64,000 nt of DNA from Phycisphaerae bacterium (GTDB lineage Bacteria; Planctomycetota; Phycisphaerae; UBA1845), in assembly GCA_022072505.1 (NCBI GenBank), contig JAJVHU010000029.1:5917-69916 (forward strand), read 5' to 3'. Positions 9,757 through 18,361 of the stretch are shown here, piece after piece. Numbering within the stretch: position 1 is the first letter of the stretch; each line of letters begins with the position of its first letter. A model generated the notes under the pieces. That model had not been told where the DNA came from. It did no database searches and saw only the letters and a program-made list of their open reading frames with translations. Made by a program: the position numbers and the translations under genes.

Positions 9757-11115
9757 TCAGGTCAGGCCCGTGATCGGCCGGCCGTCGCGGACGATGCGGA
9801 TCGGGCGATCCCCCGGCGCCATCAGATCCTTGTCGGGATTGACGCCGAGCTGGGTGAAGATCGTCGCCGCGACGTCGCCGGGCGAAACCGGACGATCCTT
9901 CGGTTCGGCGGCGTAAGCGTTGGACTCGCCGATGACCTGCCCGCCGCGGACCCCGCCGCCCGCGACCGCGATGCTGAACACTTTCGGCCAGTGATCGCGG
10001 CCTCGGTCCTTGTTGAGCTTCGTGGTGCGCCCGAACTCGGTGCCGAGGACGACCAGCGTTTTCGGGAGCAGTCCGCGCAGATCAAGATCGCGCAACAGCG
10101 CTGCGTACCCCTGATCCAGCGGGGGCACGAGGCTCCTCATTCCGCCGTGGATGTCGACGTGCATGTCCCAGCCGCCGGAAAAGACGGTGACGAAGCGAGC
10201 GCCGGCCTCGATCAGGCGCCGCGCCATCAGGAGGCGCTGCCCGATCGGCGTGCGCCCGTAAGCGTCGCGGATGAGGTCGGGTTCGGCGGCGATGTTGAAG
10301 GCCTCGCGGGCGCGCGGGGAACTGATCAGGTTGTACGCGCGCTGGTAGAAGGCGTCCATCGCGTCGAGGGCGTCGCCGTCCTCCAGTTTGCGGAAGTGGG
10401 CGTCGACCGCGGCGAGCATGCCCTTGCGCCGATCCATCCGGGTCTCGTCCACGTTGCCGGGCAGGCTGAGGTCGCGGACGACGAACTGCTGGTTCGAGGG
10501 CTCGGCGCCGAGCGAGAAGGGTCCGAACGCCGAGCTGAGATAACCTGTGTGCGCGAAACCGAAACCGCCGCCGTCGTCCGGGACGCAGATGTAGGGGGGC
10601 AGGTCGTTGCGCACGCCGAGTTCGCAGGAGACGACCGACCCAAGGCTGGGGTACGTGACGGCCGGGCTGGGCTTGTACCCGGTCAACATGTTGTGCGCGC
10701 CGCGTTCATGCGCGGCCTCGCCGTGGGTCATTGAGCGGATGAACGCGATCTTGTCGGCGATCTGGGCGGTGTGTCCCCACAACGCGGAAATCTGCACGCC
10801 GTCGACGTTGGTTCCGATCGTGCCGAGTTCGCCGCGGATGTCGATCGGGGCATAAGGCTTCGGATCGAAGGAGTCGATGTGGCTCATTCCGCCTTCGAGG
10901 AAGATGTAAATAACGCCGTCGCAGGGGGGCGTCGGCGGCGTCGAGGGATTCTGCGCGGCGCCGACCGGCGCCGCCGCGGCGGCACGAAGCGCGAACCAGT
11001 CCCCCAGCGCCAGCCCCGCAGCGCCGACGAACCCGACGCGAAGCATCTCGCGCCGGGTCACCCCGCGCATGTGCCAGGGATCCTGCTGATACAAGGGGAG
11101 TCCGACGTCGGTCAT
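9757..11115 (-). CDS. DUF1501 domain protein (sulfatase-like fold, TAT signal)
   Basis: ATG at 11115 has an AAGGAGG RBS 7 nt upstream. The protein has a twin-arginine leader (TRREMLRVGFVGAAGLALG) and the characteristic segments FGRT...NKDRGRDHWP and GGG.RGGQV.G. Confidence 0.85.
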   Translation of the reverse strand: MTDVGLPLYQQDPWHMRGVTRREMLRVGFVGAAGLALGDWFALRAAAAAPVGAAQNPSTPPTPPCDGVIYIFLEGGMSHIDSFDPKPYAPIDIRGELGTIGTNVDGVQISALWGHTAQIADKIAFIRSMTHGEAAHERGAHNMLTGYKPSPAVTYPSLGSVVSCELGVRNDLPPYICVPDDGGGFGFAHTGYLSSAFGPFSLGAEPSNQQFVVRDLSLPGNVDETRMDRRKGMLAAVDAHFRKLEDGDALDAMDAFYQRAYNLISSPRAREAFNIAAEPDLIRDAYGRTPIGQRLLMARRLIEAGARFVTVFSGGWDMHVDIHGGMRSLVPPLDQGYAALLRDLDLRGLLPKTLVVLGTEFGRTTKLNKDRGRDHWPKVFSIAVAGGGVRGGQVIGESNAYAAEPKDRPVSPGDVAATIFTQLGVNPDKDLMAPGDRPIRIVRDGRPITGLT

Positions 11116-11213
11116 GCGCGTTCCTCCTTTGCCGGCGGCAGGCGACAAGCCTGCGTCGCGTTGACGGGGTGAATCCGCCGCGCTACTTTATGCAATTGAC
11201 GGGGGAGGGGTCA

Positions 11214-13703
11214 ATGAGATTCGCCGTGCATTTCAGGTTCCTTCGTCAAACAACTCGGTTTCAGCGGTTGTCAGGACCGCGGCGCGGCGGGATGGTGTTC
11301 TTAATGCTCCCGACGGTCTTCGCGCCGGTCTGTCTCGCCTCGGCCCCACCCGCGATCGAGAGCGTGCTTCCGCGCGGCGGTCAGCGAGGGACGGATGTGG
11401 TGGTCACGTTCCGCGGCGCTCGCCTTGAGGCTCCGCTGGACGTGTTGTGTCATGAACCGGGCGTCACCTGCATTGCGGTCGAGGCGGTGGAGCCTGGCGC
11501 GGCTCGCGCGACGCTGCGGCTTGCGCCGGATGGCGCACCGGGGTTGCGTTTCCTGCGGTTGCGGACGGCGGCGGGCATCTCAAACGGGCGCTTGTTCTCT
11601 GTCGGCGCTTTGCCGGAGATTTCCGAAACTGAACCGAATCAGACTTTGCAGACCGCGCAAGCGGTGACCCTGCCGGTCTGCATCAACGGCGCGATTCCAC
11701 CGGAAGACGTGGACGTCTTTTCCTTTGTCGGCGGGGCGGGGCAGGTCGTCTCGGTCGAGATCGAGGGGCAGCGCCTCGGGGACGTTTTGTTTGATCCGCG
11801 GATTGCGTTGACGGACGCGTCGGGAACCGAGCTTGTCGTTGCGGATGACTCGCCCCTGTTGCGCCAGGATGCGGTCCTGACGGCGACGCTTCCGGCGGAG
11901 GGGACATATTACGTCGTGGCGCGCGAGACGGCCTTCGGTGGGGCGGGGAACGCGCGCTACCGACTTCACATCGGGTCTTTCCCGCGGCCTGCGGCGTCGC
12001 ATCCCTGCGGGGGTCAGGCGGGGAGCACTGCGCTGATAACGTGGATCGGAGGTGGGGGATCGACGCAGAGTGTGACGTTTCCCGCAGAGCCCGGGCTTGC
12101 GCACGTGCCTGCAATCGACGAGCGCGGCACAAGCCCCAGTCCGATGTCCTTTCGGGTGTCCGAGTCGGGAGTCACCGTCGAAGTCGAACCGAACGACAGC
12201 CCGGAGCAGGCGACCCCGCTGACGCTGCCGGGGGCGGCATCGGGCGTCATCTCCGCGGCGAGAGACGTTGATTACTTTGCGTTCGACGGCGTGCAGGGTC
12301 AGACAATTGAGGCGAGGGTGTTCGCCCGGCGACTCGGATCGCCGCTGGATGCGGTGATCGAAGTACGAAGGCTCTCCGGCGGCGAGGGCGCGGGGAACGA
12401 CGATGCAGCGGGTGCGGACAGCGTGCTGCGGTGGACGTGTCAGGCGTCTGAGAAGTACGTGATCGCCGTGCGGGATCTGCTCTGGCGTGGCGGCGAAGAC
12501 TTCGTGTACTTCCTGGAGATCGGTCCGCCGAAACCGGCGCTGACGCTGACGGTTTCATCGAGGGACGGAGGGCTGACCGTCCCGGCGGGAAACCGTGCCG
12601 CGCTGCTGGTGACCGCCAACCGAGCGGACTTCGGCGGCGCTCTGAATCTGGCGGCGGAGGGTTTGCCCGGAGGCGTGACGGCGCACTTTGTGCGGATGCC
12701 GGCGAGCGTCGGGCAGATTCCGGTCGTGTTCGAGGCGGCGGCGGATGCGGCGACGGCGGGGGCGCTGGTCGATCTGACGGCGACGCACGTTGATACGGCG
12801 ACGGGCATCCGAGGTCGTTTGCGCCAGGACATCGAGTTGGTTCGCTACGAGAACAACCCCTTCTACAGTTATGCCGTGGATCGCCTGGCCGTTGCGTCGG
12901 CACAGCCGGCGCCTTTCCGGATTGAACTTCGCCCGCCGGATACGCCGATCGTCCGTTTTGGATCGATGTCGCTGCCGGTGCGCGTCGAGCGCGCGGAAGG
13001 TTACGAGGGGCACGTCACGGCGCGGATGATCTGGAATCCGCCCGGAATCGCATCCGGGGCGCTGGAACTGCCGCCGGGAACGACCGAGGGCGGGATTCCG
13101 CTGAACGCCGCGGGAAGCGCGGTGACGGGTCGGTGGCCGATCGTCGTGATCGCATCGGCGGACGGAGGCGGCGCCCCGATCGAAGTGTCGAGCGGTCTGG
13201 TCGAGCTGGAGGTCGCCGACCCCTTCGTCGAGTTTGCGATCGAACGAACGCGGACGGAGCAGGGGAAGCCGGTCGAACTGGTCGTGAAGCTGACGCATCG
13301 GGCGTCGTTTGAGGGCGAGGCACAGGCGCAACTTCTCGGATTGCCGAACAAGGTGATGACGGGGCCGCTGAACTTCACGGCGCAGACCCCGGAGCTGCGG
13401 TTTCCCCTTCAGGTCGAGGCGGACGCTCCGCCCGGGGAGCACGGCGGCGTATTCGTTCATGTCCCGGTACCGGTCGGTTCGGCCGCGGTGGCGCATAACT
13501 CTCCGACCGGGCAGCTTGTCATTGATCGACCGCTCCCGCCGAAAGATCCTCAGAAGGAGGCGGAACGCGCGGAGGCCGCCCGCAAGGCGCAGGAGGAGAA
13601 GGATCGCAAGAAGGCGGAGCGCCTCGCGGCGATCGAAGCCCGCCGCAAGGAGGCCGAGGCGCGCAAGGCCGCTGATCCGCCCGCCCCACCTCCGCAACCC
13701 TGA
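11214..13703 (+). CDS. large secreted protein with two pre-peptidase C-terminal (PPC) domains and a Lys/Glu-rich tail
   Basis: ATG at 11214 follows a GGGGAGGGG RBS. There are two EPN(D/Q)...A..L...G.I...D.D.F.F modules (around ETEPNQTLQTAQAV and EVEPNDSPEQATPL). The C-terminus is charged and helical (KEAERAEAARKAQEEKDRKKAERLAAIEARRKEAEARKA) and ends in a Pro-rich stretch. Confidence 0.7.
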   Translation: MRFAVHFRFLRQTTRFQRLSGPRRGGMVFLMLPTVFAPVCLASAPPAIESVLPRGGQRGTDVVVTFRGARLEAPLDVLCHEPGVTCIAVEAVEPGAARATLRLAPDGAPGLRFLRLRTAAGISNGRLFSVGALPEISETEPNQTLQTAQAVTLPVCINGAIPPEDVDVFSFVGGAGQVVSVEIEGQRLGDVLFDPRIALTDASGTELVVADDSPLLRQDAVLTATLPAEGTYYVVARETAFGGAGNARYRLHIGSFPRPAASHPCGGQAGSTALITWIGGGGSTQSVTFPAEPGLAHVPAIDERGTSPSPMSFRVSESGVTVEVEPNDSPEQATPLTLPGAASGVISAARDVDYFAFDGVQGQTIEARVFARRLGSPLDAVIEVRRLSGGEGAGNDDAAGADSVLRWTCQASEKYVIAVRDLLWRGGEDFVYFLEIGPPKPALTLTVSSRDGGLTVPAGNRAALLVTANRADFGGALNLAAEGLPGGVTAHFVRMPASVGQIPVVFEAAADAATAGALVDLTATHVDTATGIRGRLRQDIELVRYENNPFYSYAVDRLAVASAQPAPFRIELRPPDTPIVRFGSMSLPVRVERAEGYEGHVTARMIWNPPGIASGALELPPGTTEGGIPLNAAGSAVTGRWPIVVIASADGGGAPIEVSSGLVELEVADPFVEFAIERTRTEQGKPVELVVKLTHRASFEGEAQAQLLGLPNKVMTGPLNFTAQTPELRFPLQVEADAPPGEHGGVFVHVPVPVGSAAVAHNSPTGQLVIDRPLPPKDPQKEAERAEAARKAQEEKDRKKAERLAAIEARRKEAEARKAADPPAPPPQP

Positions 13704-13743
13704 CCGCGCGGTCGCGCTGCGCGGGCTTCAGATGTCCCGAACG

Positions 13744-14238
13744 TCACAGGGGCTTGAAGAACCCGAATTCCCAGGTGAAGTTGGAGTCCTTCAGTTCGCG
13801 CAGCCCGTCCAGCGTGAATCCGAGGCGGCGGTAAAGACGGTGCGCATCCAGGAAGCGCGTGTCGCTCCAGAGGATCAGGCGTCGGGCGTCGCGGGACGCG
13901 GCGTGAGCGATGCAAAGATCGACGAGCCGGCGGGCGAGCCCTTGCCTGCGGTGCGCGGCGTGAACGTACAACGTCTTCAGTTCGGCGTCATCGCCGACCC
14001 GCTTCACGCCGCAGGTTGCGACGATCGTGCCGCCGACGTCCGCCACCCAGAATTCTCCGCCGTGGCCGCGAAAGTAAGCTCCCGGGTCGAAGACGTGCGG
14101 CTCCTCATCCGGATAGAGCGTCTGCCCGTATTCGGCGTAGACTCCTCGGATCAGATCAAGGAGGCCCGGAACGTCGTCGTTCCGAACCGGTCTGACGCGG
14201 CATGCAGCGCCGGAATCCGACAAAGCGATGTGGCTCAC
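13744..14238 (-). CDS. GNAT-family N-acetyltransferase
   Basis: It has the acetyl-CoA pocket motif HAAHRRQGLARRLV. It starts with GTG in a GTGA overlap with the upstream gene's stop. Confidence 0.8.
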   Translation of the reverse strand: MSHIALSDSGAACRVRPVRNDDVPGLLDLIRGVYAEYGQTLYPDEEPHVFDPGAYFRGHGGEFWVADVGGTIVATCGVKRVGDDAELKTLYVHAAHRRQGLARRLVDLCIAHAASRDARRLILWSDTRFLDAHRLYRRLGFTLDGLRELKDSNFTWEFGFFKPL

Positions 14239-15194
14239 GGCGTCGACGCGGCCTCAGGGGGCGGCGGGTCCGAAGGAGGTTGCGCAGGAGCCGGCTCAGG
14301 GGCGGCCGCAGGCGGCATCGGCTTCGGCGCTCTTGAGAGGATCCACTGCGCCGTTTCAATCACGACATCCTTCGAGACCTTGCCGGGAGAACTGTATTCT
14401 CCAGGCGAGGAGGGGCCGGTTCCCTGACCGCCCATCAGGAGGTGATTGAGGCGGCGGTAGGTTCGGAATTCAACACCGGGCCGGTCAGCGAGCCGGTTCT
14501 TCCAGAGCGCCGTGTCCTCCTCGGTGACCTGAAAATCCCGCTCTCCGCGCACGATCAGCAACGGTTGTTTCGTCGCCAGGCAGGCACGGACGGAATCCAG
14601 CTTCTCATAACGGCTCCAGTACATTGCAGGCGTGTTGAGGATCGAGCCCTTCGGGTCGCCCGCGCGCACCGACGCGATCGCCTCAAGAGCCGCGGCAAGC
14701 TCTCGCTGCTCTTTTTCACTGATGACCTGGTCGAAATTGACGAGGTAGTGCAGTTGATCCTCGATCATGTTGAGCATCGGGCGGGCGGGCGTCGCCAGCA
14801 GAACCACGCCGGCGATCTGCGGGTCTTTCTGGGCGATCAAGGGCGTGACGACGCCGCCCATCCCGTGCCCGAGGAGGAACACCGCGCGGGGATCCACCGC
14901 GAGGACATCGCGCCCGTCCTCGCGGATCAGGCGGGCCGATTCCTCGGCGGAAAAATGCCCGATTTTGAAGTGAATGCGATCCCAGATTCCGGTTCCGATC
15001 GCGACCGTGAACTTCTCTTTGAAGGTCGCGTCGCCCCGGTCGATGAACTCGGGGAGCTTCTTATCCAGAAAGAGCTTCAGCGCCTGTCGCGCGGTTTCGA
15101 TCCTTGAGGGTTGCTCCTGCGAGCCGAAAGCGAGCCTTCCACCCCCCGCGAGAACCGCGAGAATCACCGCCGCCGTCTGTCGCCCATGAAACAT
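14235..15194 (-). CDS. alpha/beta-hydrolase-fold protein (nucleophile elbow reads GHGMGG)
   Basis: ATG at 15194 is followed by a signal-like N-terminus (MFHGRQTAAVILAVLAGGG). The layout is that of an alpha/beta hydrolase, with the segment LLGHGMGGVV, and the C-terminal tail is Pro-rich. Confidence 0.7.
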   Translation of the reverse strand: MFHGRQTAAVILAVLAGGGRLAFGSQEQPSRIETARQALKLFLDKKLPEFIDRGDATFKEKFTVAIGTGIWDRIHFKIGHFSAEESARLIREDGRDVLAVDPRAVFLLGHGMGGVVTPLIAQKDPQIAGVVLLATPARPMLNMIEDQLHYLVNFDQVISEKEQRELAAALEAIASVRAGDPKGSILNTPAMYWSRYEKLDSVRACLATKQPLLIVRGERDFQVTEEDTALWKNRLADRPGVEFRTYRRLNHLLMGGQGTGPSSPGEYSSPGKVSKDVVIETAQWILSRAPKPMPPAAAPEPAPAQPPSDPPPPEAASTP

Positions 15195-15307
15195 ATAAAG
15201 GCTCTTCTCATGCGACCGTCGTGGATTGTAGCAGGTCGTCCGTCGAGGCGCAAGGCGTCGGCGCTGCGCTGGTCGGGGGGCATCGGTTCGGTATACTCGC
15301 AAGCGTC

Positions 15308-17287
15308 ATGTTGTCGGCGAACCGGATACGCGTACTTCCGCCCTTGCTGGTCAGCCAGATCGCCGCCGGCGAAGTGATCGAGCGGCCGGCCAGCGTCGTG
15401 AAGGAACTGCTCGACAACGCGATCGACGCCGGGTCGGCTGAGCCTCTTCCGGGTCCGCTCGAGATCACCGTAGCCGTCGAAAAAGGCGGTACCGAGCTGA
15501 TCCGCGTGACCGACAACGCGGGGGGGATGAGTCCGGACGAGCTGGAGTTGGCGGTCCGAGCGCACGCCACCAGCAAGCTTGCGGATGAGCACGACCTTTA
15601 CCGCATCGCCACGCTCGGGTTTCGCGGCGAGGCCCTGGCGAGCATCGGCGCCGTGTCGACGCTGCGGATGGTGTCCCGGCGTCGGGAATCCGCGGGCGGT
15701 CACGAGATCCGCGTCAGCGGTTCGACGCTTGAGCGGGCGCAGGCCGCCGCTGCGGCGCCGGGCACAACCGTCGAGGTCCGCGACCTGTTTCACAACGTTC
15801 CGGCGCGGCGCAAGTTTTTGAAGGCGCCGGCGACCGAGACCGGCCACGTGACGGAAGTGTTTGTGCGGGCGGCGCTCGCCTTCCCGGACGCCGGGTTCCG
15901 GATGTCCAGCGGGGGGCGCACAACGTACGATCTTCCTCCCGCCGGCGGGCCCGTCGACCGGATCCGGCGGCTCTTCGGGCACGAGCTTGCGGATGTGTTG
16001 CTGGCGGCCGATCGACGCGAGCGCGGACTGAACCTTCAGATCTTCGCCGCGCCGCCGGCGCACTCCCGGGCGACCGGAACGTGGCAGTATTTCTTCGTCA
16101 ACGGCCGATACATCCGCGACCGGTTCCTTCAGCACGCGGTGAAGGAGGCGTACCGCGGCCTGATCGAACCGTCGCGGTTTCCGGTCGTGTTCGTGTTCAT
16201 CACGATCCATCCCGAGTTGATCGACGTCAACGTTCATCCGACGAAGATCGAGGTTCGCTGGGCGGAGCCGAACCTCGTGCATTCGCAGGTGCTCAGCGCG
16301 CTGCGGGAGTTGCTGCAACGCGCCGATCTGACGCCCGGGCTTCGGACGGATCGCGCCCGACCGGACGTGGACGCCGCCGAGCAGGACCGCATCCGTCGCG
16401 AGTTCGCGTCGTTGCTGCTGAGTCAGCCGCCGCTGATCCGGGCGGGCGGTTCCGGGGGGGCGTCGTTCAGCGGCGGCGGTCCGGCGGGCATGTCGGAAGG
16501 GTTCGCGCGGGGAGCCACCGTCGGCGGAGAATCCACCGTCGCACAGGCCGCGGCGGTCTGGCGGTCGTTGTATGACGCAAGATCCGAAGGCGGCCCCGCC
16601 GCGTCGACCGACTCGGGTGGGTTGGATGCGAGAGTGAGCGGCATCGGCGGGACGGGTTCGGCGGAGGAGGTTGAAAACCGGCAGGACGATGAGGGTCCGG
16701 GCGTCTCGCGCAGGTCAGGTCTCCGCGCGATCCAGCTTCACAACACCTACATCGTTGTCGAGTCAGACGACGGTCTGCTCATTATCGACCAGCATGCTTT
16801 GCACGAGCGGATCATGTACGAGCATCTTCGCCAGCGGATCATGTCCGCTCCGCTGGAGTCTCAGCGCCTGCTGCTTCCGGAGTCGATCCCGGCGTCCGCG
16901 GCTGATCTGGCGGCGGTGGAGGCGCGTGCCGATCTCCTGGAACGCCTTGGCATCGACGCCGGGGCGTTCGGCGCGGACCGGATCGCCGTCCACGCCTTTC
17001 CGTCGCTGATGAAGGACACGGACGTCCCGCAATTCATGCGCGACCTTCTCGATCGGCTTCAGCGACAGGGGGATCAGGAGCACCCGGAAGCGCTCATCCA
17101 CGACGTGCTGGACATGATGGCGTGCAAGGCGGCGGTCAAGGCGGGCGATCCGCTGACCGCCGAGGAAATCAACGCGCTGGTCGCGCATAAGAGCCTCGTC
17201 GAACGATCGAGCAACTGCCCTCACGGACGTCCGACCACGCTGCGCCTCACAAAGTCGGACCTGGAGCGACAGTTCAAACGAACCTGA
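15308..17287 (+). CDS. mutL: DNA mismatch repair protein MutL (endonuclease-type)
   Basis: The N-terminus reads IRVLPPLLVSQIAAGEVIERPASVVKELLDNAIDAG (GHKL ATPase). The C-terminal endonuclease motif DQHALHERIMYE is present, along with the CPHGRPT motif. Confidence 0.9.
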   Translation: MLSANRIRVLPPLLVSQIAAGEVIERPASVVKELLDNAIDAGSAEPLPGPLEITVAVEKGGTELIRVTDNAGGMSPDELELAVRAHATSKLADEHDLYRIATLGFRGEALASIGAVSTLRMVSRRRESAGGHEIRVSGSTLERAQAAAAAPGTTVEVRDLFHNVPARRKFLKAPATETGHVTEVFVRAALAFPDAGFRMSSGGRTTYDLPPAGGPVDRIRRLFGHELADVLLAADRRERGLNLQIFAAPPAHSRATGTWQYFFVNGRYIRDRFLQHAVKEAYRGLIEPSRFPVVFVFITIHPELIDVNVHPTKIEVRWAEPNLVHSQVLSALRELLQRADLTPGLRTDRARPDVDAAEQDRIRREFASLLLSQPPLIRAGGSGGASFSGGGPAGMSEGFARGATVGGESTVAQAAAVWRSLYDARSEGGPAASTDSGGLDARVSGIGGTGSAEEVENRQDDEGPGVSRRSGLRAIQLHNTYIVVESDDGLLIIDQHALHERIMYEHLRQRIMSAPLESQRLLLPESIPASAADLAAVEARADLLERLGIDAGAFGADRIAVHAFPSLMKDTDVPQFMRDLLDRLQRQGDQEHPEALIHDVLDMMACKAAVKAGDPLTAEEINALVAHKSLVERSSNCPHGRPTTLRLTKSDLERQFKRT

Positions 17288-17415
17288 CGGCGGCGGCGGA
17301 GCGGAAGCGTCCGAAGCGCCGCGGTCAAGTTCGCGCAGGCCGCTTCCGACAAACACCTGTGCGCCGCGACCGGCTTGCGCATTGCAGGCTCGCGGCCCCA
17401 CGCGAGGAACGTCGG

Positions 17416-18336
17416 ATGGCGCAACCGCAGATCAGGATCAGACCGGACGCCGCCTGGGAACACCGATCCGATCCTTCCGGCGCGTCAAAACGCCTCCGAT
17501 GTCCGGGGGGGATCGAGAACGCGCTCGGGCAGATCAAGACGGAGCTTGACCGCGCCCGGCGACTCTCAGACCAGCTCTTGCGCCGGGTCCGGGATCTGGA
17601 CGCCGAGCTGGCGCTGGCGGAACAGGTTCAGAGGGAGTTGCTCCCGGCGCATCTTCCGCAGGTCGCCGGGGCGCGGCTGCAAAGCTGGTACGCGCCCGCC
17701 GATCGCGTCAGCGGAGATTTCTACGACGTTTATCGCGCCGATGACCGGACGATCGTGATGACGATCGCCGACGCCACCGGTCACGGAGTTCCCGCCGCCT
17801 TGATGTCCGCGTTTCTGAAACGCAGCCTGCGATGTCGGGACGGCGAGCGGGGTGAGGCGGCGTGTCGTCCGGACGAAGCCCTGCGCCGGATCAACGCCGA
17901 CCTCATCAGCCTTGGCGCGACGCAGGAGCAGTACGTCGCCGCGGTCTGCGTCACGTACGACGAGCCGTCCCGCCGCATCCGGGTGGCCCGCGGAGGGGCG
18001 CCGGCGCCCGCGCTGCTGCGGCGCGACGGGTGCGTCGAACCGGTGAACTCAGACGGTATTCTGCTCGGCGTCGTCTCGTCCCCCCGGTTTCAGGTTGCCG
18101 AGTATGACCTGGCGCCGGGCGACGTCGTCCTGCTCTGGTCGGACGGGCTGGATAATCTTCTGCTCCGAACCGGGTCCGCTGCGGAGCCTCATGCACCGAC
18201 GGACTGGCGCGCCGACGTCGCCGTCGCAGGGGTGACGCACGCGTTGAACGCCTGGCGCCGGCGCCGTGAAGTGGTGAGGCCTCCCGACTGGCGCGCGGAC
18301 GACATCACGGTCCTTGCGCTGGAGTGTGCGCCTTGA
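17416..18336 (+). CDS. PP2C/SpoIIE-family serine phosphatase
   Basis: It has the segments SGDFYDV ... DATGHGVPAALMSAF ... SDGL, which are typical of the SpoIIE/PP2C fold. The ATG follows a GAGGAAC RBS. Confidence 0.8.
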   Translation: MAQPQIRIRPDAAWEHRSDPSGASKRLRCPGGIENALGQIKTELDRARRLSDQLLRRVRDLDAELALAEQVQRELLPAHLPQVAGARLQSWYAPADRVSGDFYDVYRADDRTIVMTIADATGHGVPAALMSAFLKRSLRCRDGERGEAACRPDEALRRINADLISLGATQEQYVAAVCVTYDEPSRRIRVARGGAPAPALLRRDGCVEPVNSDGILLGVVSSPRFQVAEYDLAPGDVVLLWSDGLDNLLLRTGSAAEPHAPTDWRADVAVAGVTHALNAWRRRREVVRPPDWRADDITVLALECAP

Positions 18337-18361
18337 CCGGTCGTTCGAGCGTCGCCTGAGG

